32,000 nt of DNA from Bdellovibrionales bacterium (lineage in GTDB: Bacteria > Bdellovibrionota > Bdellovibrionia > Bdellovibrionales > UBA1609): contig OZ252021.1 in NCBI GenBank assembly GCA_965247685.1, forward strand, positions 420,001 to 452,000. The letters are read 5' to 3'. Below, in pieces: positions 15,074 to 23,401 of this stretch; the first letter of the stretch is position 1, and every line of letters starts with the position of its first letter. The translations under genes and the position numbers were made by a program. A model generated the notes under the pieces. It saw nothing but the letters and a program-made list of their open reading frames with translations, did no database searches and had not been told where the DNA came from.

Positions 15074-16336
15074 GTGAAAATCAAATCTGGAATATTATTT
15101 AACTTCTATTTTCTCTTTGTCACGCTTGCTCTGACATCTTGTAGTGGTAGAAATGAACCTTCGTTAAATAACATTCCAGATGATAGAGCTCAACAATTAA
15201 GAGAAAGACCACAGACCACATCACGAAATCGAGGCTGCAACTCTAATCAAAATGGAGAAGTAAGTATTAGTAGAGCAAGAACTATTAGTAGCGAAAATGC
15301 AGGTGAATATAGGTTATCTGGACGTTGCGATAGCAACAGTAGAGAAGTCACCATCACTATTGAGGGAAAAAGTTTAGATATTAACTGTTCCGGAGGACGT
15401 TGGGCAGCTAATTTAGATTTAACAAGTATTGTACAAGATCAAGATACAGTCGAAATTTCTGCTGAATCAGAATCAGATACAGCCTGTACTTCTGTGAATA
15501 ATATTTTTAATTGTCCAGATGAATATGTTCCTGTTCCTCGTTTAGATAATTTTACGAATAGAGATTTTTGCGTCATGAAGTATGAAGCTAAAAGAGAATA
15601 TTCCAATCGCAGGAGTTCATCCAGTCGCAGGAGTGTATCCAGTCGGGATGATAATAATAATAATTATGATGAAAAAGCTATTTCCAAATCTAGTGACGAT
15701 CCATGGATTGAAATCTCTCATACACAAGCCCAAGTAAAATGTCAAAATAATGGTTTAGGCTATCGTTTAATTAGAAATAGCGAGTGGCAAACCATTGCTC
15801 GTCATGTTGAAGATGAAGATCGAAATTGGAGTTCTGGAAAAGCTTCATCCTCTACTAGTAATTTTTTAAATTATGGTGTTCTATTCCGAAAAAGTGGCTC
15901 TAACTCTCGATCTTCTTTTGGAAGAGGTCGCTCTAATTATGCCAATCGTGATTGGAACCCTGAAAAAAGAGACCATTATTTACCAAACGGAGAAGAAATC
16001 TGGGATATGTCTGGCGGAGTCTGGGAGTATGTCGATGACTCTACTTCAGATTTAGGCGTGAAAAAAGAGAAAGATGAACCTATTTTTGATTCTGATCAAA
16101 ACAAAAAGCTTTTTGGACCTGCTGGTTACTACAATGCACCTTCTTATAATAGAGATACAAGGAATAATACTTTAGGTTTAGGGTATGCTTATTTATCCAA
16201 TATCAAGGATGGAATTATTCGTGGTGGAGGATTCACTGAAGATGATTTAGGAATTTTTTCCGTTGATGCAAGTGTTCGTTATGATGATGCCCTTACTTTG
16301 TCTCCCACTGGTTTTAGATGTGTTTATGAACCTTGA
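15074..16336 (+). CDS. Lipoprotein with a C-terminal FGE/SUMF1-type (formylglycine-generating-enzyme-like) domain
   Basis: The start is GTG. The lipobox is LALTSCSG. FGE-sulfatase-like motifs are FCVMKYEAK, RLIRNSEWQTIARH, GGVWEYVDD, RGGGF and the terminal GFRCVYEP. Confidence 0.8.
   Translation: MKIKSGILFNFYFLFVTLALTSCSGRNEPSLNNIPDDRAQQLRERPQTTSRNRGCNSNQNGEVSISRARTISSENAGEYRLSGRCDSNSREVTITIEGKSLDINCSGGRWAANLDLTSIVQDQDTVEISAESESDTACTSVNNIFNCPDEYVPVPRLDNFTNRDFCVMKYEAKREYSNRRSSSSRRSVSSRDDNNNNYDEKAISKSSDDPWIEISHTQAQVKCQNNGLGYRLIRNSEWQTIARHVEDEDRNWSSGKASSSTSNFLNYGVLFRKSGSNSRSSFGRGRSNYANRDWNPEKRDHYLPNGEEIWDMSGGVWEYVDDSTSDLGVKKEKDEPIFDSDQNKKLFGPAGYYNAPSYNRDTRNNTLGLGYAYLSNIKDGIIRGGGFTEDDLGIFSVDASVRYDDALTLSPTGFRCVYEP
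15607..15642 (+). repeat. In-frame 18-bp tandem duplication inside the FGE-domain lipoprotein gene
   Basis: tcgcaggagttcatccag is followed directly by tcgcaggagtgtatccag (16/18 identical). They encode RRSSSS and RRSVSS within a Ser/Arg/Asn low-complexity insert. Confidence 0.8.
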
Positions 16337-16371
16337 TATGTTCAATCATCTCTTTACCGATAGTGTATTTA

Positions 16372-16410
16372 TTCAACCAAAATCTTCAACCAAAATCTTC
16401 AACCAAAATT
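16372..16410. repeat. 13-bp tandem repeat, three copies (ttcaaccaaaatc)
   Basis: Copies lie at 16372-16384 and 16385-16397, with a third at 16398-16410 whose last base is t. The repeat sits between convergent genes, and the last copy overlaps the thioesterase stop codon at 16409-16411. Confidence 0.85.
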
Positions 16411-16882
16411 AAAGTTGATGTCTTCTTTCCAATCGCCACTGTCTTCTTAATTGAGCTTGTTCAAACCTTTTTTTGTTAATTTCCGTTTCTGGCTTTTTAA
16501 GAGGAGGAACGGGAGTAGGTTTTTTATTATCATCTAAAGCAACAAATGTGAGATAAGCAGAGACGATATGGCAAAGTTTTCCTGTGATTGAATTTTCTGA
16601 ATCTACTCGAACTCCAATTTCCATAGAAGTGTTATGCACATAATTGACAGATGCTTTGATATTTATGATTTCTCCTTTATACGCAGGAGCAATAAAGTGC
16701 ACATCATCCATACTGGCTGTAACGACTGGTCTTCCACAATAACGAGTAGCTGAAATAGAACCTGCAATATCCACCCAAGACATCACAACTCCACCAAAAA
16801 CAGTACCTAAAGCATTCGTATGAGAAGGATAAACAACCTCTGTCATTACAACATGGGAACAATCAGCCGATTTAGGTTCCAT
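16409..16882 (-). CDS. Hotdog-fold acyl-CoA thioesterase (YciA/Acot7-like)
   Basis: The characteristic N-terminal region is VMTEVVYPSHTNALGTVFGGVVMSWVDIAG. The length of 157 aa fits, and a basic C-terminal tail is present. Confidence 0.88.
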   Translation of the reverse strand: MEPKSADCSHVVMTEVVYPSHTNALGTVFGGVVMSWVDIAGSISATRYCGRPVVTASMDDVHFIAPAYKGEIINIKASVNYVHNTSMEIGVRVDSENSITGKLCHIVSAYLTFVALDDNKKPTPVPPLKKPETEINKKRFEQAQLRRQWRLERRHQL

Positions 16883-16887
16883 AAGAT

Positions 16888-17298
16888 TTATTCTATGGAA
16901 CTACCAACAGTGGTGCGCCCAACAGGAATAGAAATTTCTACATCTGAATCCTCAGGATTGTTGGATGCCGCCGTACGATTGTGCGAGCTTTCTGGAGTTT
17001 GGTGAATTGGTTTTTCCCTGAACTTTTCTACAAAATCTCCTAGAGGAAGTGTCCATACGATTTGAGAGCGTCTGGAAATTTTCATCCTTTTGTATATGTT
17101 GGTCAGATGGAATTTCACTGTTTTTTCGGCCACACATAATTTGTCAGCAACTTGTTTATTCGTCAGACCTTGGAGAACGAGTACCACGACTTCTGTCTCT
17201 CTTCGAGAGAGACCTTGCTCAGCCAAGTGCGTTTTCAAATATATAATACCTTCTTCTGAAAACAAAAAATCTTTTTCTACTGCTGTCACGTTGAGCAT
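16888..17298 (-). CDS. Small LuxR/GerE-family HTH transcriptional regulator with no receiver or ligand domain
   Basis: The GerE-type HTH is LSRRETEVVVLVLQGLTNKQVADKLCVAEKTVKFHLTNIYKRMKI. The protein is 136 aa. Its stop lies 5 nt from the thioesterase start. Confidence 0.85.
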   Translation of the reverse strand: MLNVTAVEKDFLFSEEGIIYLKTHLAEQGLSRRETEVVVLVLQGLTNKQVADKLCVAEKTVKFHLTNIYKRMKISRRSQIVWTLPLGDFVEKFREKPIHQTPESSHNRTAASNNPEDSDVEISIPVGRTTVGSSIE

Positions 17299-17520
17299 CC
17301 TTGCTCCTCCTTGATTAAAGTCCGTTTATTATTCAAATTGAACCACTAGTCGTACTATACAGCAAGTCTTATGAATAGAAAACTGGACTTGTTGTTTAAT
17401 GCTCCACAATAAAAAAGAATGATAGATGATAAGAAGTGGGAAAGTATTATCCTTCTTAAACTACTAAAGCTTATTTTTTTTTAAGTATTGCGCATAACAG
17501 ATATGTATATTTTTCATGGT

Positions 17521-19839
17521 CTAGGAATCTAAAATAGAATCTAAATCAGGAGGATTTATTTTATCTTTCTCAAATTTTTGAATCAATTGTTGAGCTCTAG
17601 TAATTAATGCGGAGGGCAGTCCTGCTTTTTTTCCTACATCAATACCGTAAGAACGCCTGCAAAATCCGTCCTTTAAAGTATATAGAAAATCAATATCATG
17701 TTCCAATTCTTGCACTGCCATATATCCATGTTGAATCCTCGGCTCTTTGATATGTGTCAGTTCGTGATAGTGTGTCGAAAAAAGGATATAGCTTTTATTT
17801 TTTGAGATGAGATGCTCTAAAATAGCTTGTGCCAAGCTTAATCCATCGTATGTGGACGTCCCTCGGCCGAGTTCATCCATCACAATAAGGGATTCTTCAT
17901 CGGCTTGCATAATAATATCGGCCGTCTCTGTCATCTCCACCATGAAAGTTGAAAGACCTGAATGCAGCTGATCGTTAGAACCAATTCGTGTGAGCAGTTT
18001 TTTAAACAAAGGCATTTTAGCTTCGGTCGCTGCCACAAAGGATCCCATCTGAGCGAGGATGACATTTAACGCCACCTGCCTCATCAAAGTACTTTTACCT
18101 GCCATATTAGGTCCAGTCAGAAGAAGAGAGTAACCTGAATCCATCGTGATCGTATTTGGAATAAAATTCCTACTTTGCTCAATCACAGGATGCCGGCTTT
18201 CCACTAAATGAAGAGACTCACCAAAGCACGGACGGACATAGCCTCTTTCTAAAGCCAAAAAAGCTAAGGAGGAATAAACATCCATTTGATGAACTGCACG
18301 AGCTATCTGATGAAGTATAGGAAGTTCAGAATAAATTTCTAATAAAAGCTTTTGAAACATTTCATATTCTTTTTTTATTCTCGTTTCTCGAGCGGATAAT
18401 ATTTTTTCTTCCAGTTGCTGTAACTCTTCTGTGGTATACCTTTCCGCATGAGTGAGAGTTTGTTTTCTTATATAGTGCGAAGGAATTTTAGAAGTATGTG
18501 TTTTAGTGACTTCAATGTAATAACCAAAAATTTGATTATACCTGACTTTCAAAGACGAGATCCCACATCGAAGTTTTTCTTGGTTTTCTAAACTTTTAAT
18601 TTTATTTTGAAAGTTTTCAGACCAATCTATGAGCGTATCAAGCTCTTCATTAACACCTTTGTTAAACAAGCGACCTTCTTTAAGGGATAAAGGAGCTTCA
18701 GAAGAAATATATTGAGCTATTTTTCGACTCAAGGTTTGAATGATGGGTGCATATTCGCAAGTTAGGCTTTCAAAATAAGGATCATAAGAAAATAATGTTA
18801 AGCTCGTAGCAAGAGACTGCCCTAAGTCCAAAACATCTCGAGCATGAGCTACAGGACTACAGATTTTACCAATCCCTCTTTCTAAATCACCCACCGCTTT
18901 TAGTTTTTCTCTAAGTTCATGACATTCTTCTGTATGATTAAAAAAATACTCCACGCGATCGAGCCGCTGTTCAATAGTTTCTTGATGTGCAAGGGGAGAG
19001 AGTAAATACTTTTTTAAAAGACGGGTTCCTGCACTAGTGACCGTCCGATTGACAGCAGAAAATAGACTTCCTTTAACTGCCCCTTCGAAAGTTTGAAGAA
19101 TTTCTAAATGCTTAGGAGTCATGGAACTCATAAGCATATCCTTTTGTATGTATCGTTTCTCAAATGGTCTTAAACTTTTTAAAGCTTTCGGACCTCCCAT
19201 TTTTTTCATATAGGATGTTAACCGGCGAACGCTCACAGAGACACTGGAGGAATCATCTAAATCAGAATGAAGAGAAAAATGTGTTTGACTTAAATTTAAA
19301 GGCAAATCCTTTTTTTGTTTCTCATCAAAAACAATTTCTACAGGCTGAATGAGTGAAATGATTCGGTGACACTCTTTAAGAGAAGAAAAAATATAAGTAA
19401 AGGCTTCACCAGTTGTATGATCCGAAAAACTAACCGTCTTATCGTCAAAGGCACAAAGATAGTGGGACTTTAACTCATCTAAAGCTGAAGGATCATAAGC
19501 CATTGCTGGACTCAAAATTCGAGTAATTTTTCTTTTAACTAGACCTTTTTTAAATTGAGAATTTTCAACTTGCTCACAAAGCACGACTTTATAACCAGCT
19601 TGCAACAACTGACCCGCCACTTTTGGCATAGCGTGTAATGGAATTCCACACATAGGTATTGAATTGGCTTTGTTTTTATTACGAGAGGTGAGCGCTATGT
19701 TCAAAACAGGAGCTGCTACTGTGGCATCTGTGTAGAACATTTCGAAAAAATCGCCCATTTGAAATAGAACAATTTTATCTGGATGCAGACTTTTAGCATC
19801 CCAATACTGTTTCATCACTGGTGTCAGTGTTTTTTCCAT
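17521..19839 (-). CDS. mutS: DNA mismatch repair protein MutS
   Basis: The N-terminal mismatch-binding region is TPVMKQYWDAKSLHPDKIVLFQMGDFFEMF. Walker A is GPNMAGKST. The motifs DELGRGTSTYDG and STHYHEL are present. I place the start at the ATG at 19839 (MEKTLTPVMKQY). The track's TTG at 19923 adds 28 unconserved residues. Confidence 0.95.
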   Translation of the reverse strand: MEKTLTPVMKQYWDAKSLHPDKIVLFQMGDFFEMFYTDATVAAPVLNIALTSRNKNKANSIPMCGIPLHAMPKVAGQLLQAGYKVVLCEQVENSQFKKGLVKRKITRILSPAMAYDPSALDELKSHYLCAFDDKTVSFSDHTTGEAFTYIFSSLKECHRIISLIQPVEIVFDEKQKKDLPLNLSQTHFSLHSDLDDSSSVSVSVRRLTSYMKKMGGPKALKSLRPFEKRYIQKDMLMSSMTPKHLEILQTFEGAVKGSLFSAVNRTVTSAGTRLLKKYLLSPLAHQETIEQRLDRVEYFFNHTEECHELREKLKAVGDLERGIGKICSPVAHARDVLDLGQSLATSLTLFSYDPYFESLTCEYAPIIQTLSRKIAQYISSEAPLSLKEGRLFNKGVNEELDTLIDWSENFQNKIKSLENQEKLRCGISSLKVRYNQIFGYYIEVTKTHTSKIPSHYIRKQTLTHAERYTTEELQQLEEKILSARETRIKKEYEMFQKLLLEIYSELPILHQIARAVHQMDVYSSLAFLALERGYVRPCFGESLHLVESRHPVIEQSRNFIPNTITMDSGYSLLLTGPNMAGKSTLMRQVALNVILAQMGSFVAATEAKMPLFKKLLTRIGSNDQLHSGLSTFMVEMTETADIIMQADEESLIVMDELGRGTSTYDGLSLAQAILEHLISKNKSYILFSTHYHELTHIKEPRIQHGYMAVQELEHDIDFLYTLKDGFCRRSYGIDVGKKAGLPSALITRAQQLIQKFEKDKINPPDLDSILDS

Positions 19840-19937
19840 ATTGATTCTTCTTTTATGACCTTCAGTAAAATAGGTCAACTCACAAACTTTTTTTAATCCA
19901 ATCTTTTTATGACCGATAGGCAATATAGGAAGGTTTT

Positions 19938-21488
19938 ATGATTTTTAGAGCACTTTTGTTATTTATTTTTTCTGTAGTATTTTTTTATATGTCTGGCTGT
20001 AATCCTTTAGCAGGCGCTCCACATCTTTACTCTTCAAGCCATTTAGAAGAAGACCTTTATGCTTATACACCAGCCCATGAAGTGCAAGGACTCACCGATC
20101 CATATTTAAAAAGGCTTTTGACTCGTGTGAGCTGCGATGATTTTAAAAGTCATATATGGACTCATATTTACATCACCTTGTTTGATAAAAATCCTCCCCC
20201 TTCCCCCACATTGGTTCAACGGGAAGTGAAATCTTTTGCACAAAGCTACCTTTTAAACAAAGGTGCCAATAGTAAGATGATTCGTCAATTTGCTCAAAAC
20301 TTTTCTAGAATATATGAACAAACTTTGAATTTTTTTTCTGACAAAACAGCTCTTACAATCATGGAAGAGATCGCTCTTATTGAACTGATGGATGAAAATG
20401 ACAACTCTCTTTATTCTCATCCTGAGCTTGCTCAATTTGTGAACGAATTAAATGATACTTTTGATGCTATTCAAAAAATTATTTCTCCGTTGAATTTAAA
20501 ATGTGAAGCAGTGAAGCCCATAAATATAAAAGAAACTTCCTTTTCAAGTTTGAAAAATCCACAAGAAACTAAGCTGCATCCACTAGTCTATGGAGCAAGA
20601 AAAGTGATGGTCACAGCCTATCAAAGCTGTAAAGTTCTTAATTTACCTCTCGTTCATTCTAAAACTCCTCAAGTCAAGGGTGTCCGTCAAACTTCCGTCC
20701 ATCAAGGAGGAGGTATAAATCGATCTATTTTTTCTCTTTCACAAATTCGATCTTCACACTACTATCTCAATAAAATTGATATCCACCCTTCTCCACAATG
20801 CCCTAATATTTTCAATAATCCTTTAATTTATGATTTCGGAGGTAAACCTTTTGTAAATATGTATCCCTACCCCCAAATTAACCTATTTAAAAACTCAGGC
20901 TCCGGATCCCATGTACTCGGTGTAGACTGTTCAGGTTTTGTGATGTCTTCATTAGCTGCTGCAGGTTTAAGAGTTAAAAGAAATAAACCTATGAAAGGAT
21001 CTTATATTTCTGGAATGAGCTCGTGGATGTTTAAAGATACATCCAATGGTTTAAGCTGCCTCAAGCAAGTGACACACTCTTCTAGCTCCAAACCTATTCA
21101 AGCTGGAGATATTATTGCTGTTTCTGGTCACATTATAATTGTTGATCAAGTGGGACGTAATGCTTTGGGAATTGATCATCTAACTTCTATCTCGCAATGT
21201 ACAAGAAAGAGTATTAGACCAGATCGTTTTAACTTCAGCATTATTCAAAGCAGTTCGGAACTGAATGCTATAGGAATTAATCGTATGCACATTCAACACA
21301 CAAAAAATGATCAGCTTAAAAATGGATTAATTGACTGGGCTGTTTATAATTGCAAAAAGAAATGGAACTCTCGTTCCTTATTTAACAGTGAAGATATAGT
21401 TATTTCTCGCCACATTCTCACACCGGAGTGCCGAGAATCTCAAATGTATCTTTTTGGACAAGAGTGTGTGTCTGATTGCTCGTTTTAA
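19938..21488 (+). CDS. Lipoprotein with a C-terminal NlpC/P60 (C40) cysteine peptidase domain
   Basis: The lipobox is FFYMSGCNP. The catalytic Cys motif is GVDCSGFVMSSLAAAGL. The His motif AGDIIAVSGHIIIVDQVG lies about 67 residues later. The roughly 300-aa N-terminal part has no motif I recognise. Confidence 0.8.
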   Translation: MIFRALLLFIFSVVFFYMSGCNPLAGAPHLYSSSHLEEDLYAYTPAHEVQGLTDPYLKRLLTRVSCDDFKSHIWTHIYITLFDKNPPPSPTLVQREVKSFAQSYLLNKGANSKMIRQFAQNFSRIYEQTLNFFSDKTALTIMEEIALIELMDENDNSLYSHPELAQFVNELNDTFDAIQKIISPLNLKCEAVKPINIKETSFSSLKNPQETKLHPLVYGARKVMVTAYQSCKVLNLPLVHSKTPQVKGVRQTSVHQGGGINRSIFSLSQIRSSHYYLNKIDIHPSPQCPNIFNNPLIYDFGGKPFVNMYPYPQINLFKNSGSGSHVLGVDCSGFVMSSLAAAGLRVKRNKPMKGSYISGMSSWMFKDTSNGLSCLKQVTHSSSSKPIQAGDIIAVSGHIIIVDQVGRNALGIDHLTSISQCTRKSIRPDRFNFSIIQSSSELNAIGINRMHIQHTKNDQLKNGLIDWAVYNCKKKWNSRSLFNSEDIVISRHILTPECRESQMYLFGQECVSDCSF

Positions 21489-23290
21489 ATCTTTTTATGA
21501 GAAGAGTTTTCGATCCATTGGTGGATCACCTGATCTAAAACATTTAAAGGAATAGCTCCATTTTTAAGAATTTGATCATGAAACTCTCGAATATCAAAAT
21601 GACTTCCTAATTTTTCTTTGGCCATTTTTTTTAATTCCAAAATTTTCAAAGATCCAATCATATAAGCAGTTGCTTGAGCAGGATTCACAATATATCGATC
21701 CACCGAGCGCACTGCGGAGTCATAAGAAACATCCGAGTTTCGAATGAGATACCGGATTGCTTTTTCTCGACTCCATCTTTTATAATGAAGACCTGTATCA
21801 ACAACTAAACGACATGCTCGCATAAGCTCCATAGAAAGTTGACCAAACTGATCATAATCACTGGTATATAAGCCCATTTCATCCGCTAGTCTCTCTGAAT
21901 AAAGAGCCCACCCTTCAATAAAAGCCGTCATATCCATATACCTTCTGAATCGAGGTATCGATTTAAGATTCAAGGCAATAGAAATTTGTAAATGATGACC
22001 TGGAACAGTTTCATGGAAAGTTAAAGCTTTTAAAGAATATTGAGGTTGCTCATTCATGTTATAAAAATTAATATAAAAAATACCTGGGCGATTTCCTCGA
22101 GTAGAAGGTTGTTGATAAAAAGCACTCCCTGTGGACTTAGCTCTAAAACTTTCTACTTCTTTAAGAATGACCGGTTGATCAGGAAGAAGTCCAAAATACT
22201 TTGGAAGTAATTTCTGAGCTTCCAAAAGAGATTGCTGGGCGTCTTTTATATATTTTTCTTTTTCTGTATAATAAAACTTCTTATTATTTCTAAAATCATT
22301 AAAAAAATCTAACAAAGAGCCTTTAAACCCTATTTTATTTTTTAATTGTTGAATTTCTAAATGAAGTCGACGCACTTCTTTTAACCCTAATTGATGCACT
22401 TCTTGAGGAGTATAATGAGTAGTCGTGAGATGACGTAATTTCATTGCATAATAATCATTTCCACGAGGCTGGCTCCACACCCCCACTTGAGATCGGGCTT
22501 TTCTTTGGAGACGCACCCAATAATTGAGCAGATTTTGATAAGCAGGCTGATAATGATTTACGAGAGTGTCTTCAAGCTGAGTATTTAGTTTTTTTATTTT
22601 ACGAGCACTTAAATTTAAAACTTTAATTTTCTTATTAAAATCTGCAAATAGAATATGTTCTCCATCTGAAGTGAGAGGGTACCCTTTTAATAGATCTCTT
22701 AAAACTTCTTCCACCTTAGAAAATACAAAGGAAGGAGGGATGATTTTTTGTTCCTCAGACAATTGAAGACGCCCTATAAGTTGATCAAAATTTTGCCCTA
22801 AACCTTGAACACGAGCAATATAATCTTGAGCATCTTGAACAGATTGAATAGTGTGCATATTAATTAAAAACCCATTCACTGATGTATGATGACCAAATAA
22901 TTGGTTTACAAGATAAGGATGAAAACGAAATTCAAACTCTTCTTTATATCTCTTGAGAAGAATCTCAAAAATATCCCAACTCAGTTTATTTTCCTTTGAA
23001 AAAGAATCTGAATTCAGGTTCGATAATTGTTTAAGGTAATTATGGATTTGCTTGTTGTCTTTTTTTTGTTTCTCTTGTGATAAATCATTCCATTTATCTT
23101 TGTCTTTTTTATAACCTAAGAAAGTTTGCATTTCAGGGTGAGTGTTGAGCTGCTCTTTAAAGAATTGATCCATGAGTTTATTAAGCTTTCTTTCTTCAGA
23201 GTTTTGAGCCCAGTAAGAAGTACAAGACACTAAATGACTGATAAAAAATATAGAGCAAAGTAAATAAAAAAAGATCTTCATATCGAACAT
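21485..23290 (-). CDS. DUF885-family protein (predicted metallopeptidase-like), lipoprotein
   Basis: The characteristic HETVPGHHLQ motif is present in a context typical of DUF885. The signal peptide has a lipobox-like ISHLVSC. The stop codon overlaps that of the convergent NlpC/P60 gene. Confidence 0.85.
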   Translation of the reverse strand: MFDMKIFFYLLCSIFFISHLVSCTSYWAQNSEERKLNKLMDQFFKEQLNTHPEMQTFLGYKKDKDKWNDLSQEKQKKDNKQIHNYLKQLSNLNSDSFSKENKLSWDIFEILLKRYKEEFEFRFHPYLVNQLFGHHTSVNGFLINMHTIQSVQDAQDYIARVQGLGQNFDQLIGRLQLSEEQKIIPPSFVFSKVEEVLRDLLKGYPLTSDGEHILFADFNKKIKVLNLSARKIKKLNTQLEDTLVNHYQPAYQNLLNYWVRLQRKARSQVGVWSQPRGNDYYAMKLRHLTTTHYTPQEVHQLGLKEVRRLHLEIQQLKNKIGFKGSLLDFFNDFRNNKKFYYTEKEKYIKDAQQSLLEAQKLLPKYFGLLPDQPVILKEVESFRAKSTGSAFYQQPSTRGNRPGIFYINFYNMNEQPQYSLKALTFHETVPGHHLQISIALNLKSIPRFRRYMDMTAFIEGWALYSERLADEMGLYTSDYDQFGQLSMELMRACRLVVDTGLHYKRWSREKAIRYLIRNSDVSYDSAVRSVDRYIVNPAQATAYMIGSLKILELKKMAKEKLGSHFDIREFHDQILKNGAIPLNVLDQVIHQWIENSSHKKI

Positions 23291-23360
23291 GAATATACAT
23301 ACAAGAAAAAACTCTGTCTAGGAATTGTTAAAATAGGCTTCAAAAAGGTACTTTGAATAT

Positions 23361-23387
23361 CGGAGCATGTAAATTTTACATACTCCG
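23361..23387 (-). terminator. Candidate stem-loop downstream of the 768-aa gene
   Basis: In cggagcatgtaaattttacatactccg, the arms cggagcatgta and tacatactccg pair at 10 of 11 positions. The hairpin starts 15 nt past the stop at 23402. No clean U-run follows, only AT-rich sequence, so terminator function is uncertain. Confidence 0.4.
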
Positions 23388-23401
23388 CAAGTGTAGTGAG
23401 T

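Noticed and set aside
19840-19923. N-terminal extensions proposed by the ORF track: mutS from the TTG at 19923, nrdA from the GTG at 27550, and the hydrolase from the ATG at 10814.
   Set aside because: In each case, conserved homology or the signal peptide begins at a downstream ATG with a better ribosome-binding context. I annotated the shorter forms. The longer forms cannot be excluded without experimental data.
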